Shown here piece by piece: positions 10,509 to 20,165 of a stretch of 64,000 nucleotides of DNA (its first letter is position 1; every line of letters starts with the position of its first letter). The translations under genes were made by a program, and so were the position numbers. Where the stretch lies: the NCBI GenBank assembly GCA_965233865.1, contig OZ247587.1:736001-800000 (forward strand). Reading direction: 5' to 3'. The DNA comes from Candidatus Neptunichlamydia sp. (GTDB lineage: Bacteria; Chlamydiota; Chlamydiia; Chlamydiales; Simkaniaceae). The notes under the pieces are model-generated. The model was not told where the DNA came from and did not search any database. It saw only the letters and a list, made by a program, of their open reading frames with translations.

Positions 10509-11190
10509 CCCAAAAGGTGAGGGGGTCTTTCTGGTTGATAAAGAGAAGGGACGAACTGCTTTTTATCTCGTTAAAATCCTTAGAAAAATATCAGGCATCA
10601 AAAAAATTGGCCATGCAGGAACCCTCGATCCCTTCGCAACAGGAGTCATGGTAATGTTAGTCGGACGCCCTTACACAAGAATCTCAGATAGCTTCCTAAA
10701 TGATGGTAAAGAGTATATTGCAACCATCAAGTTTGGAGAAGCCACCGACACCTTTGATTGCGATGGAACTCTCAAGCAAACAAGTGACAAGATTCCAACA
10801 ATTGCTGAAATAGAATCAGTTGTTTCTGATTTTCAAGGGACTATCATGCAGACTCCTCCGATGTTTTCCGCAAAAAAAGTGGGAGGACAAAAACTTTACC
10901 TCCTGGCTCGAAAAGGAATCGAAATCGAACGTAGGCCGATTCAAATTGAAGTAAAAACTACTATTCTTGATTATTCTTATCCTGAATTAAAGATTCAGGT
11001 TTCTTGCTCAAAAGGAACCTATATCCGCTCTATAGCGAGTGAAATCGGGGAAAAGCTTGGCTGCTTTGGTCATTTGATTGCTCTGCAACGCATTCGGAGC
11101 GGCAGTTTTCATCTGAAAGATTGCATTGACGCAAAATTCCTAACAGAGCCATCATTTTCATACATCCCCTACTTGAAGAAGACGATATGA
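10501..11190 (+). CDS. truB: tRNA pseudouridine(55) synthase
   Basis: GHAGTLDPFATG, PPMFSAKK and CSKGTYIRS motifs. Confidence 0.96.
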   Translation: MSDPKGEGVFLVDKEKGRTAFYLVKILRKISGIKKIGHAGTLDPFATGVMVMLVGRPYTRISDSFLNDGKEYIATIKFGEATDTFDCDGTLKQTSDKIPTIAEIESVVSDFQGTIMQTPPMFSAKKVGGQKLYLLARKGIEIERRPIQIEVKTTILDYSYPELKIQVSCSKGTYIRSIASEIGEKLGCFGHLIALQRIRSGSFHLKDCIDAKFLTEPSFSYIPYLKKTI

Positions 11191-12083
11191 AGATAATTAG
11201 AAGTATAGAAGAAATCCCTAAGTTAGAAGAGCCTATTGCCCTTTCGATTGGAATCTTTGACGGGGTCCACCTTGGACATCAATTGATTCTCAGAAGGTTA
11301 AATAAACTCACTCGGAAGGGAGGCTCACGCGTCCTACTCACTTTTTCAAATCATCCTTCTACTCTTTTCACCCCTAACTCCCCTGTTCCTCAGATCATCT
11401 CCCTAAAGCAACGTCTTGACCTTCTTAAAGAACACAATCTTGACCTTGTGATTGTCCTTCCCTTTACACAAGAATTTGCAAATCAATCCCATGAATCGTT
11501 CTTTGCTTCTATTCGCACTTACCTTCCTTTTGACCATCTCATCGTCGGGGAAGATGCCCGCTTCGGAAAAGATCAAGCAGGATCTCCTGAAAAAATTCAT
11601 AAGCTCGGGTGGAATACAGAGTATCTTTCTAAAGAGACATATCATAAAGAAGCCATCTCAAGCGGCGTAATTCGAAAAGCTCTACAAGAGCGTAACCTCA
11701 AGAAAGTAAAGAAAATGCTTGGGCGCTCCTATTCGATCTCCCTCCCTTTTGACAAGGCAAATATTATTCGAGAAAATGAAGTGCAATACAAGTGGGTCAC
11801 GGGAGCTGAAAAATTCTGTCTTCTTCCCTCAGCAGTATATGCTGTCGACCTTCTTTCTAAAGAGAAATCGATCCCTGCGATTGCTTTTTACCGTGGAACA
11901 CAAAGTATCACTGGAGGAACGAATCTGTTTCTTAGTGTTTATTTTGAAAAAGAAATTTCTGAATCAGATCACATCGAACTCGTCTTTGTTTCCTACCTGC
12001 ATGATGAACTAGATCCTGATCTAGGAGCCCCTTCAAGAGCAAACCTACTAGAATCCTTAAAACCTGAGTTTTTCCCCTTATGA
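11187..12083 (+). CDS. ribF: RibF-family FAD synthetase; C-terminal riboflavin kinase domain appears degenerate
   Basis: N-terminal [11 protein letters not shown] and ISSGVIR are intact; the kinase GFPTAN motif is absent. Confidence 0.85.
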   Translation: MKIIRSIEEIPKLEEPIALSIGIFDGVHLGHQLILRRLNKLTRKGGSRVLLTFSNHPSTLFTPNSPVPQIISLKQRLDLLKEHNLDLVIVLPFTQEFANQSHESFFASIRTYLPFDHLIVGEDARFGKDQAGSPEKIHKLGWNTEYLSKETYHKEAISSGVIRKALQERNLKKVKKMLGRSYSISLPFDKANIIRENEVQYKWVTGAEKFCLLPSAVYAVDLLSKEKSIPAIAFYRGTQSITGGTNLFLSVYFEKEISESDHIELVFVSYLHDELDPDLGAPSRANLLESLKPEFFPL

Positions 12084-13177
12084 GTAATCTAGCTTGCGGC
12101 ATTGTTGGCCTTCCTAACGTTGGTAAATCAACCCTATTTAACGCTCTCCTTAAAAAGATACAGGCGGGAGCTGCTAACTTCCCCTTTTGCACCATCGATC
12201 CAAATGTCGGAATTGTGGATGTTCCCGACACCCGCCTAGCAATTCTTTCTGCTATTTCCCGCAGTAAAAAGCTTCTCCCAGCAACCATGACTTTCGTTGA
12301 TATTGCTGGGCTTGTAAAAGGTGCTTCCAAAGGAGAAGGCCTTGGCAACCAGTTCCTTGCCAACATCCGAGAAACCGATGCGATTGTCCACGTTGTCCGT
12401 TGCTTTGAAGATGATGAAGTCATTCATGTTGAAGGAAAAGTCGACCCGATTAGTGATATCGAAGTGATTAACCTAGAGCTTATTCTTGCTGACCTTCAGA
12501 TGACAGAAAATAGCCTGCAAAAAATCGAAAGACAGGCCAAAGGGAAAAAAGAACTCGTTCCTACCCTTGTCGCCCTAAAAAAAGTGAGCGACCACTTGAA
12601 TGCCAGTCATCCTGTTCGTTCTCTAGAACTGACAAAAGAAGAGCAAGAGTTCCTTGCCCCTTATCAATTCATTACCGACAAGAAGGTCATCTATGCGGCC
12701 AACCTTTCCGAAGAAGAAATCTCTTCTCTTGATTCCTCCCACTATAAAACGGTTCTGGAGTATGCAGCCAAAGAAAATAGTCATGTTATCCCCTTCTGCG
12801 CAAAGCTTGAAGAGGAACTCTCTCAACTCGATGAAAAAGAAGCAAAAGAATATCTCGAAACCCTTGGTTTCAATGAACCTGGCCTTAACCGTCTCATTAA
12901 AGTGAGCTTTGATATTCTAGGCCTTATTACCTTTCTCACCACTGGTGAGAAAGAAACTCGCGCCTGGACAGTCACAACTGGATCCACTGCACAAGAGGCA
13001 GCTGGAAAAATCCACACCGACATCCAAAAAGGCTTCATCCGTGCAGAAGTCGTTTCTTTTGAAGACATGGTTGAATACTCAGGACGCGTTGGAGCCAAAG
13101 ATGCGGGTAAAGCGATCTCTGAAGGTCGAGACTATATTGTCAAAGATGGTGACGTTGTTCTCTTCTTCCACAACTGA
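12080..13177 (+). CDS. ychF: Redox-regulated ATPase YchF (Obg family)
   Basis: [46 protein letters not shown] and a C-terminal TGS domain. Confidence 0.97.
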   Translation: MSNLACGIVGLPNVGKSTLFNALLKKIQAGAANFPFCTIDPNVGIVDVPDTRLAILSAISRSKKLLPATMTFVDIAGLVKGASKGEGLGNQFLANIRETDAIVHVVRCFEDDEVIHVEGKVDPISDIEVINLELILADLQMTENSLQKIERQAKGKKELVPTLVALKKVSDHLNASHPVRSLELTKEEQEFLAPYQFITDKKVIYAANLSEEEISSLDSSHYKTVLEYAAKENSHVIPFCAKLEEELSQLDEKEAKEYLETLGFNEPGLNRLIKVSFDILGLITFLTTGEKETRAWTVTTGSTAQEAAGKIHTDIQKGFIRAEVVSFEDMVEYSGRVGAKDAGKAISEGRDYIVKDGDVVLFFHN

Positions 13178-13260
13178 TCAATTCACCGATTTATTTTTCC
13201 GAAGTGGTATAATTAATTCTGATTGTCTATGATAGAATTAGTTAAAACACCCCCCACTGT

Positions 13261-14340
13261 ATGGCTGAAAAAACTGAGAAAGCGACCCCAAAAAAACTCC
13301 GTGATGCAAGGAAAAAGGGGCAAGTAGCTAAATCTAAAGATTTCCCTTCTGCATTTACTTTCGCAACGTCCTTTGCTTTAATCGTTGCTACATCAGGCTA
13401 TTTTTTCTCAAATCTTGCTGGGTTCATGATAGCTTCTTTTTCAGCAGTGAAGAATGGAGAACGTATTGAAGCCGAAATTCCTATATTCTTTAACGCTGCC
13501 ATTCAGGTGATTTTTAACACATCGATGCCATTTATGATTTTGATTTCACTGGTTGGAGTCTTGGTGAATTTCTTGATTGTTGGTCCCCTCTTTTCATTGC
13601 AATCTATGAAGCCCGATATCAAAAAACTCAACCCTGTAACAAATTTGAAGGGAATTTTCAAAATAAAAACCTTCATTGAGCTTTTGAAATCTATAATGAA
13701 GATTTTTGGAGCGGGCCTTTTGATTTATTCTGTGGTTTATAACAGCCTCCCCCAGATTATTGCCACTGCGGCAATGCCAATTATGGGAAGTGCCATTGTT
13801 TTTAGCGAATTTTTGGTCAAAGTCGCTTTTCGTGTTGGACTTTTCTTTTTAGCAATTGCGATTTTTGACTTAGTATTCCAAAAGAAAAATTTCGCTAAAG
13901 AAATGAAAATGGAAAAATTTGAGGTTAAACAAGAACACAAAGATACGGAAGGAAATCCTGAAATTAAGGGTAAGAGACGGCAAACACAACAAGAAATTGC
14001 CTATCAAGACCCTCCAAGTAAGGCCCGTAATGCGCGAGCCATTGTAACAAACCCTATTCATATTGCTGTAGCACTCGCTTATGATGCTGAAGAAGACCCA
14101 GCCCCAAAGATTCTTGTGATGGGAAAAGGGGTAGCGGCAGAAAGCATCGTGAAAGTGGCTCTTGAAAACAACGTCCCAATTATGCGAAATGTTCCTCTAG
14201 CTCAAATGCTATACAACAAAGGAAAAGCGGGTCGATTCATCCCGGAAGATACCTATGAAGCAATTGCAGAAGTCTTGAAGTGGCTTGATACCATTGAAGC
14301 CTCTGCCGAACCAGAATACAACGTTGACCTCTTTAAATAA
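13261..14340 (+). CDS. sctU: Type III secretion export apparatus switch protein SctU (CdsU/YscU)
   Basis: EKTEKATPKKLRDARKKGQV N-terminus, TM segments, and an NPIH autocleavage motif (variant of NPTH). Confidence 0.95.
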   Translation: MAEKTEKATPKKLRDARKKGQVAKSKDFPSAFTFATSFALIVATSGYFFSNLAGFMIASFSAVKNGERIEAEIPIFFNAAIQVIFNTSMPFMILISLVGVLVNFLIVGPLFSLQSMKPDIKKLNPVTNLKGIFKIKTFIELLKSIMKIFGAGLLIYSVVYNSLPQIIATAAMPIMGSAIVFSEFLVKVAFRVGLFFLAIAIFDLVFQKKNFAKEMKMEKFEVKQEHKDTEGNPEIKGKRRQTQQEIAYQDPPSKARNARAIVTNPIHIAVALAYDAEEDPAPKILVMGKGVAAESIVKVALENNVPIMRNVPLAQMLYNKGKAGRFIPEDTYEAIAEVLKWLDTIEASAEPEYNVDLFK

Positions 14341-14511
14341 ACTTTCTACTCTTGAAAGTTCTGGTAGCTTTACGGAGGACAAATGGAAAGTGTTTAGCTA
14401 AAGCACTTCACTTTATCTATAGATAATCCTTCCAGATTTTCCGATAGCCCATTGACATTCTTTAAATATTATTATACAGGTTGAAATATCTAAAAAATGT
14501 AAGGGTTCGTC

Positions 14512-17500
14512 ATGTCTCGTTGTCGTTTTATTGCTTCACTATCTACATTTCTTTGCGTTGCACCTTTCCTAGAAGGCGTCGTCGTAAACAATGCCACAGA
14601 CCTTAACAATGCGATTATTGCAGCAAACGCAGCAGGCGATTCCAGCATCCAATTCGGAACATCTATCAATCTCACGACTCTTCCTGTGAACGTGCTTCAA
14701 CCTCTCAATGCAAATAACGTCCTCAACTCAGCCAACAACACCTTCACGATTGATGGCCGAGGACACTCCCTATTAGGGGGCGGAAGCCACCGTGGCTTTT
14801 TTGCCCGCCAAAGCACAGGCACCGTTACGATCCAAAACCTTACGATTGATGGAGCCCATACCCAAGGAGGTAATGGAGGTAACCCCTCTGCTGGAGGTGG
14901 CCTAGGCGCCGGTGGGGGGCTATTCTTAAATACCGGATCAAAAGTCACTCTTGACAATGTCTCTTTCCAAAACTCCCAAGCCACTGGAGGTAACGGTGCA
15001 AGTAGTGCGGATGTTCTGATTAACTCTGGCGGTGGTGGCCTTACTATTATTATTATTAGTCCAAGACTTCCAGGTGGTGGTGGTGGCGGCGGTGGTTTCA
15101 GCGGTAATGGGGGAAATACAGACGAAGGCAAATATGGAGGGGCCGGTGGAGGCAGCTTCAGCGGTAATGGAGGAAATACAGACGGATATGGAGGGGCCGG
15201 TGGGGGAGGCTTCAACGGTAATGGAGGAAACGTTCTATCTAATAATGGCCCAGGCGCTAGTGGTTCAGGCAGCGGCGGCGGCGGCGGCGGCTTCAACGGT
15301 GGTGGTTCTAGCTCACTAGGAGGTGGTGGCGGTGCTGGGGACGGTGGTTTCGGGGGAAATTCTGGTGCTAGCGGCGGCCCTGGTGGTGTTGGCAGTGGGA
15401 GTGGTACAGGAGGCTTAGCAGGAGCGGGCGTAGGAAGCGGTGGTGGTAGTGGCGCAGTAGGGAACACTAGTGGGATCTCTGGAGAAGCAGGCCTAGGTGG
15501 TGCTGGTGGCTCTTTGCCTGGTGGGGGCGGTGGGGGCGGATATGCTTACACCCCTGATAGTGGGGGCAGTGGGGGCAGTGGCGGTATAGGTTTTGGTGGT
15601 GGCGGCGGCGGCGGCGGTGAAGGAAACTCTGGGGTTGGGGGAAATGCTGACTTTGGTGGTGGTGGTGGTGGTGGTGGTGGCAGCGGCCAACTGCCGCAAG
15701 GTGTTCTTGCTACCGGTGGCTCCGGCGGTTTTGGAGGTGGTGGTGGCGGCGGCGGCGGCAGCGACCAACTGCCGCAAGGTATTCCTGCTACTGGTGGCTC
15801 TGGCGGTTTTGGTGGCGGTGGCGGTGGCGGTGGCGGCAGTGGCCAATTACAACAAGGTATTTATGCTTCCGGTGGCTTGGGCGGTTTTGGTGGTGGTGGC
15901 GGTAACAGCGCAAACGGCGGTTTTGGCGGCGGCCATGGCAGTAGCATAAGCCTCTTTTCTGGAGGAGGAGGAGGCGGCGGTGCTATGGGAGCAGATGTCT
16001 TCATTCAAAGGGGCGCAGCGTTGACGATTAGAAGCGGGATCTCCTTTACTGGAAGCAGCGTAAATCCTGGAACATCATTCTTCGGAGGTCTTCCTGGTCA
16101 AGCACTTGGCACAAACATTTTCATGATGTCAGACAGTTCCATCATTGTTGAAAATCTCTCGATGAATTCGACTGTTCCAAATGCGATCGAAAGTGACCTT
16201 GGAGCAGGTGGTGGAGCCCTACATACTGGAGGGCTGACTCTCAACGCAGGTAACACGGCTGTCTTCACTCTAGTTGGAGCGAACACCTACACAGGAGCAA
16301 CAACCATAAATAGTGGAACTCTACATGTTGACGGGTCTATTATTACGCCTGTGACGCTCAATAATGGGGTCTTTGGAGGGAATAACACCTCTCTTCTTAC
16401 ATCAGCAGTTCCAAACTCTGGTAACTTAACCGTTAACGGTGGAATGGTGTCTCCTGGAGGGGATAATGCTTATGGGAGCCTTACTTTAGGTGGTAATCTT
16501 CTCTTTAATGGAGGGGGAATATTCGACGCTGAGGTGGATAGTGTGGGAAACACCGATTCGATTAGTGTAGCTGGAACAGCAACGCTTGACGGAACCCTCG
16601 ATATCCAAGCAGCAGTCGGAAACTTCATTACAGGACAGGTCATTAAGATTTTTGATGCAATAGGTGGAGTGAGTGGAACCTTTTCGAATGTGATCCTCCC
16701 TATACATCCACATGGGGGTGACCTTTTTGAAGTGCAGTATAGTGCAAATTCGGTCGATCTCGTCGTTCTACAAGATTTAATTTTTGACGCTCCATACACA
16801 GGTCAGACGATTAACTCAGGTAACCCTCAAGCTGTCGTTGACTATTTGATTACTCAACTTCCAGTTGATCCCACATCAGACGTGGGATTTGTGATCAAAT
16901 CTTTGGGCCTGGTTTCCAACGATGAGCTCAATAAAGCCCTCAACCTTATGCATCCAGGTTCTTTTGGCCTTTTTGAATCAATGAATCTGACAACAAATGC
17001 TAAGATCATGCAGATCTTCAGTCAGCATCTTGAGAGAAATCCTGAGTCGGCTCCGTCAGAAACCATTAGTCAGCTTGAACCCTCGTTCACAGCAGCAACC
17101 GGTGATCGTCCTTTTTGTCCAAGCGCCCCTGCAGGTATAGATTGCGGAAGGAATGAAAGTAAGCATCATAATGTATGGCTACAACCTTTCAGCACGTGGA
17201 ATACCCAAAGTCGTAAAGGGGAACTCCGTGGTGCAAACTATGAAAGCGTCGGGATCATGACGGGATATGATTACCTCTTCAAGAACTTCTGCGTGGGAGC
17301 AGGTCTAGGGTATGCCTACACCAACTTCCGCTGGCAAGGCTCAGCTGGGAAAGGACACATTAACCAAATCTACGGTGGTCTTTATGGAAGCTATTTTATG
17401 AAGTATTTTACAGCGACTCTTTCGACTATGGTAGGAGGTAACTACTATAATACCAATCGCAATATCCGGTATAATGCCTCAAACCATCCAACCGCTCGAT

Positions 17501-18033
17501 TGAATCGAACAGCGCATAGTCACAACTCAGGGATCCAGTGGACAAATCATCTTGGATTGACTGGAGAAGTCGGAACATTCCACATCGGAGATGTTAGTTC
17601 TGGCTCTATTCCAGTGCAAATTTTTGGGAACCTTGACCATTTTTACCTCCACAATGGAAATTTTAGTGAGAGTGGCGCCAACAGCATTAACCTGCGAGTG
17701 CGTTCTAAAACATCGAATGCACTCCGTTCGGAACTGGGACTTAGCTCAAGCTATGCCTTCCAATTTTCTGGTGGATGTTGGACACCTTATGTTCGCATCA
17801 GCTGCGTCAACAAAACGCTTCTGAGCAGCAGCTCGTATCGCGGAGGCTTCCGTGGACAAACCGGGACATTCTCAGTGAGCGCAAGTAGCAAAGGAACCAT
17901 CCAGTGGTCACCGGGCGTAGGCGTTAAATTCTCAAACATGCATGGGTTTTTACTTCTCCTGAATACCAGCGCGGAACTTAACGGCAAAATAAAAAACTAT
18001 TCTGCTGACATGCGGCTAGATTATACGTTTTAA
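14512..18033 (+). CDS. Gly-rich autotransporter (type Va) adhesin-like protein
   Basis: Signal peptide, PGRS-like Gly-rich passenger, passenger-associated repeat (LVGANTYTGATTINSGTL) and a C-terminal beta-barrel ending DMRLDYTF. Confidence 0.88.
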   Translation: MSRCRFIASLSTFLCVAPFLEGVVVNNATDLNNAIIAANAAGDSSIQFGTSINLTTLPVNVLQPLNANNVLNSANNTFTIDGRGHSLLGGGSHRGFFARQSTGTVTIQNLTIDGAHTQGGNGGNPSAGGGLGAGGGLFLNTGSKVTLDNVSFQNSQATGGNGASSADVLINSGGGGLTIIIISPRLPGGGGGGGGFSGNGGNTDEGKYGGAGGGSFSGNGGNTDGYGGAGGGGFNGNGGNVLSNNGPGASGSGSGGGGGGFNGGGSSSLGGGGGAGDGGFGGNSGASGGPGGVGSGSGTGGLAGAGVGSGGGSGAVGNTSGISGEAGLGGAGGSLPGGGGGGGYAYTPDSGGSGGSGGIGFGGGGGGGGEGNSGVGGNADFGGGGGGGGGSGQLPQGVLATGGSGGFGGGGGGGGGSDQLPQGIPATGGSGGFGGGGGGGGGSGQLQQGIYASGGLGGFGGGGGNSANGGFGGGHGSSISLFSGGGGGGGAMGADVFIQRGAALTIRSGISFTGSSVNPGTSFFGGLPGQALGTNIFMMSDSSIIVENLSMNSTVPNAIESDLGAGGGALHTGGLTLNAGNTAVFTLVGANTYTGATTINSGTLHVDGSIITPVTLNNGVFGGNNTSLLTSAVPNSGNLTVNGGMVSPGGDNAYGSLTLGGNLLFNGGGIFDAEVDSVGNTDSISVAGTATLDGTLDIQAAVGNFITGQVIKIFDAIGGVSGTFSNVILPIHPHGGDLFEVQYSANSVDLVVLQDLIFDAPYTGQTINSGNPQAVVDYLITQLPVDPTSDVGFVIKSLGLVSNDELNKALNLMHPGSFGLFESMNLTTNAKIMQIFSQHLERNPESAPSETISQLEPSFTAATGDRPFCPSAPAGIDCGRNESKHHNVWLQPFSTWNTQSRKGELRGANYESVGIMTGYDYLFKNFCVGAGLGYAYTNFRWQGSAGKGHINQIYGGLYGSYFMKYFTATLSTMVGGNYYNTNRNIRYNASNHPTARLNRTAHSHNSGIQWTNHLGLTGEVGTFHIGDVSSGSIPVQIFGNLDHFYLHNGNFSESGANSINLRVRSKTSNALRSELGLSSSYAFQFSGGCWTPYVRISCVNKTLLSSSSYRGGFRGQTGTFSVSASSKGTIQWSPGVGVKFSNMHGFLLLLNTSAELNGKIKNYSADMRLDYTF
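15652..15900 (+). repeat. Three tandem 78-nt (26-aa) repeats with (GGT/GGC)n tracts
   Basis: Unit SGQLPQGVLATGGSGGFGGGGGGGGG starts at 15681, 15759 and 15837. Confidence 0.9.
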
Positions 18034-18188
18034 CATACTATAGCTTAGTACAGGATTAAAAAAATTAAGGATGGAGCAATTCATCGATATGTAGTAATTT
18101 ATTTTTTATTAAAAAAAAGATTTAAATCAATAACATTGATAATCTATTTTTTATATTTGAACATAAAACTTAATAATAGGTAAAAATT

Positions 18189-20138
18189 ATGTGCCATTTT
18201 CATTTTAAAAAAATAATAGTCTTTTTAGTGGCAATATTCACGACGCAGTTTTTGCTAGCAGTTCCCCCAGCTCCACTACAAAATTATTGCCCTGTTGTTT
18301 TAGTGAATAATTCCACCTTGAATGCAAACCAAATTTACTTTGTCGCACATGGAAACGATCCTAATGGGTTTCCTTGTTTTTTGGTTCCCGATGCAAATGG
18401 TGTTTGTCAGTTTTCCTACCCTACAGCAGACGGCACTCCAAGCTCAGCATTGGTGAGTAAAACTCTTGACCAGCTTCCAATTGCTACTGACATCCCACCT
18501 TTGATCAATGAAGCTTACTTAGTTTATTTACCTGTTAACAGTTCTTCTAGAGCTTACCTTTCAATCGACCTCCCTATATACTTGGGAACTTCTATTAATC
18601 CTGCTCTTGGGGTAATGGGTATTATGGATGCTTCAGTAACCTCACGAACCGACCCAAACTTCTACACTTTATATCAAGATTTTGAGTTTGATTTAGATGA
18701 TTCGGTTTCAAATTCGGAAAAGAAGCTATATTTAAACCTTTCTTGGGTCGATTACTTCTGCCTTCCAATGCAATTGCATACCTACAGTTATCCTTCAAAT
18801 AAACAAATTAGCATGGATGGAACTTATGAATCTGGAACAGACTCAAAATTGACACGTGAAGATATCATTACCCAAATGAATTCTGGCTTAACTGCTGGCC
18901 AAGCTTACCCCTCTTGGGGGTATCTAGACGTTCCATTCTACGATAACCCTTACACAGACTCTACTCCTGCTAGTTGTGTGCGTATTCTTGCTGCAAAAAA
19001 CAGCATTGATTTAGAAAAAAGCCCACAGTTTCAAGGAGGGCAAACCCCCCCGAATTTTTTCCCCTTGACCTACAGTACAGACGCAAACAATGGTCCCCAA
19101 ACAGGTAAAAGCTTTTATGAAGCTGTGTATAACTACTACTTATCCAATATCTTTTATGCCAAAGTGATCCCAGCAGGTCACTTAAAAGAGGAAGTCTATA
19201 CAATCACATCCGTTTCAGGTTCTCCTCTCGTTTTGAGTTTTGTAGCTGCAAATGTAAAGAACCACACATTAGATGTCACACTTGATTTGAATGACCTTGC
19301 TTTCGACCAAATGCTCAGTGGATCTGTCTGGCCATTTCAGCCAACGACCGTTTTAGCCGCCTATACAAATGAACTCTCTAAACTTATCAGCGCACTCTTT
19401 ACCATCGGTCAGTTGCCTTATACTGCGTCTACAACTTCGCCTGAGAATCCCTTTGTCAATAACAATGATGGGTATAAAGCGATAACCTACTTCAAAAATC
19501 CTCCAAATTATAGTAATGGTCCTTGGTATAACCTTTTCGACATTGAGCTGCATAAATTAGAAATTAGCAAAGAGAAAGTCCCAAAAAATGCAACCCTTGG
19601 GCTTGGCTACGGTTATGATTTTGACGATTTACTAAATATGAGCGGAATTATTAACGGAATTGACATTCAAGATACCCTTGGAAACCCGTCTCCAACAACG
19701 GATGCTTCAGAACCCTACCTTATCATCACATTAGAGAGTTTATCAGGCACCACCATTCCGAACCTCGCCGCAAACAATCAAGCCTACAATGTGACCATGG
19801 GACCTGCTGCAAGCGGTGTTGATGTGTCATTTACCTACTACGATGGTTCGATCACACAGACAACGAATGCCTCACTAACAGTAAATACAGATTTAGGATC
19901 AGTGCAAGTCGATGAAAACAACCCTTTTGTCATTAAGTTCACTTTTGATAGCGCGGACTACGAGTACCATATTAACATTCAAAATCAAGTCGTGCTCCCC
20001 TCAACTGTGACAAGTACATATTCTGCAGCAGATCAACATTTTCTCAATAGTATTGTCTTTGAAAAAACCTTGGGAACACAATCAAACCCAGAATTTACAA
20101 TTACTTATAATAGCTCACCACCTCCTTGGGCTGGATAA
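18189..20138 (+). CDS. Secreted GH64-like (thaumatin-fold) beta-1,3-glucanase
   Basis: Signal peptide; LVNNS, SSRAYLS, DPNFYTLYQDFEF...LYLNLSWVDYFCLP (candidate catalytic Glu/Asp pair) and GYGYDFDD match GH64 patterns. Confidence 0.75.
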   Translation: MCHFHFKKIIVFLVAIFTTQFLLAVPPAPLQNYCPVVLVNNSTLNANQIYFVAHGNDPNGFPCFLVPDANGVCQFSYPTADGTPSSALVSKTLDQLPIATDIPPLINEAYLVYLPVNSSSRAYLSIDLPIYLGTSINPALGVMGIMDASVTSRTDPNFYTLYQDFEFDLDDSVSNSEKKLYLNLSWVDYFCLPMQLHTYSYPSNKQISMDGTYESGTDSKLTREDIITQMNSGLTAGQAYPSWGYLDVPFYDNPYTDSTPASCVRILAAKNSIDLEKSPQFQGGQTPPNFFPLTYSTDANNGPQTGKSFYEAVYNYYLSNIFYAKVIPAGHLKEEVYTITSVSGSPLVLSFVAANVKNHTLDVTLDLNDLAFDQMLSGSVWPFQPTTVLAAYTNELSKLISALFTIGQLPYTASTTSPENPFVNNNDGYKAITYFKNPPNYSNGPWYNLFDIELHKLEISKEKVPKNATLGLGYGYDFDDLLNMSGIINGIDIQDTLGNPSPTTDASEPYLIITLESLSGTTIPNLAANNQAYNVTMGPAASGVDVSFTYYDGSITQTTNASLTVNTDLGSVQVDENNPFVIKFTFDSADYEYHINIQNQVVLPSTVTSTYSAADQHFLNSIVFEKTLGTQSNPEFTITYNSSPPPWAG

Positions 20139-20165
20139 GATTAACACTTAAAAATATGAGACCAA

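Noticed and set aside
14697..15467. 256-aa Pro-rich minus-strand ORF and neighbouring Ala/Thr/Val-rich ORFs
   Set aside because: These are shadow frames of the GGN glycine codons of the autotransporter.
15652..15900. Regularly spaced repeats as a possible CRISPR array
   Set aside because: They are in-frame coding repeats with similar rather than unique spacers, and no cas genes are present.
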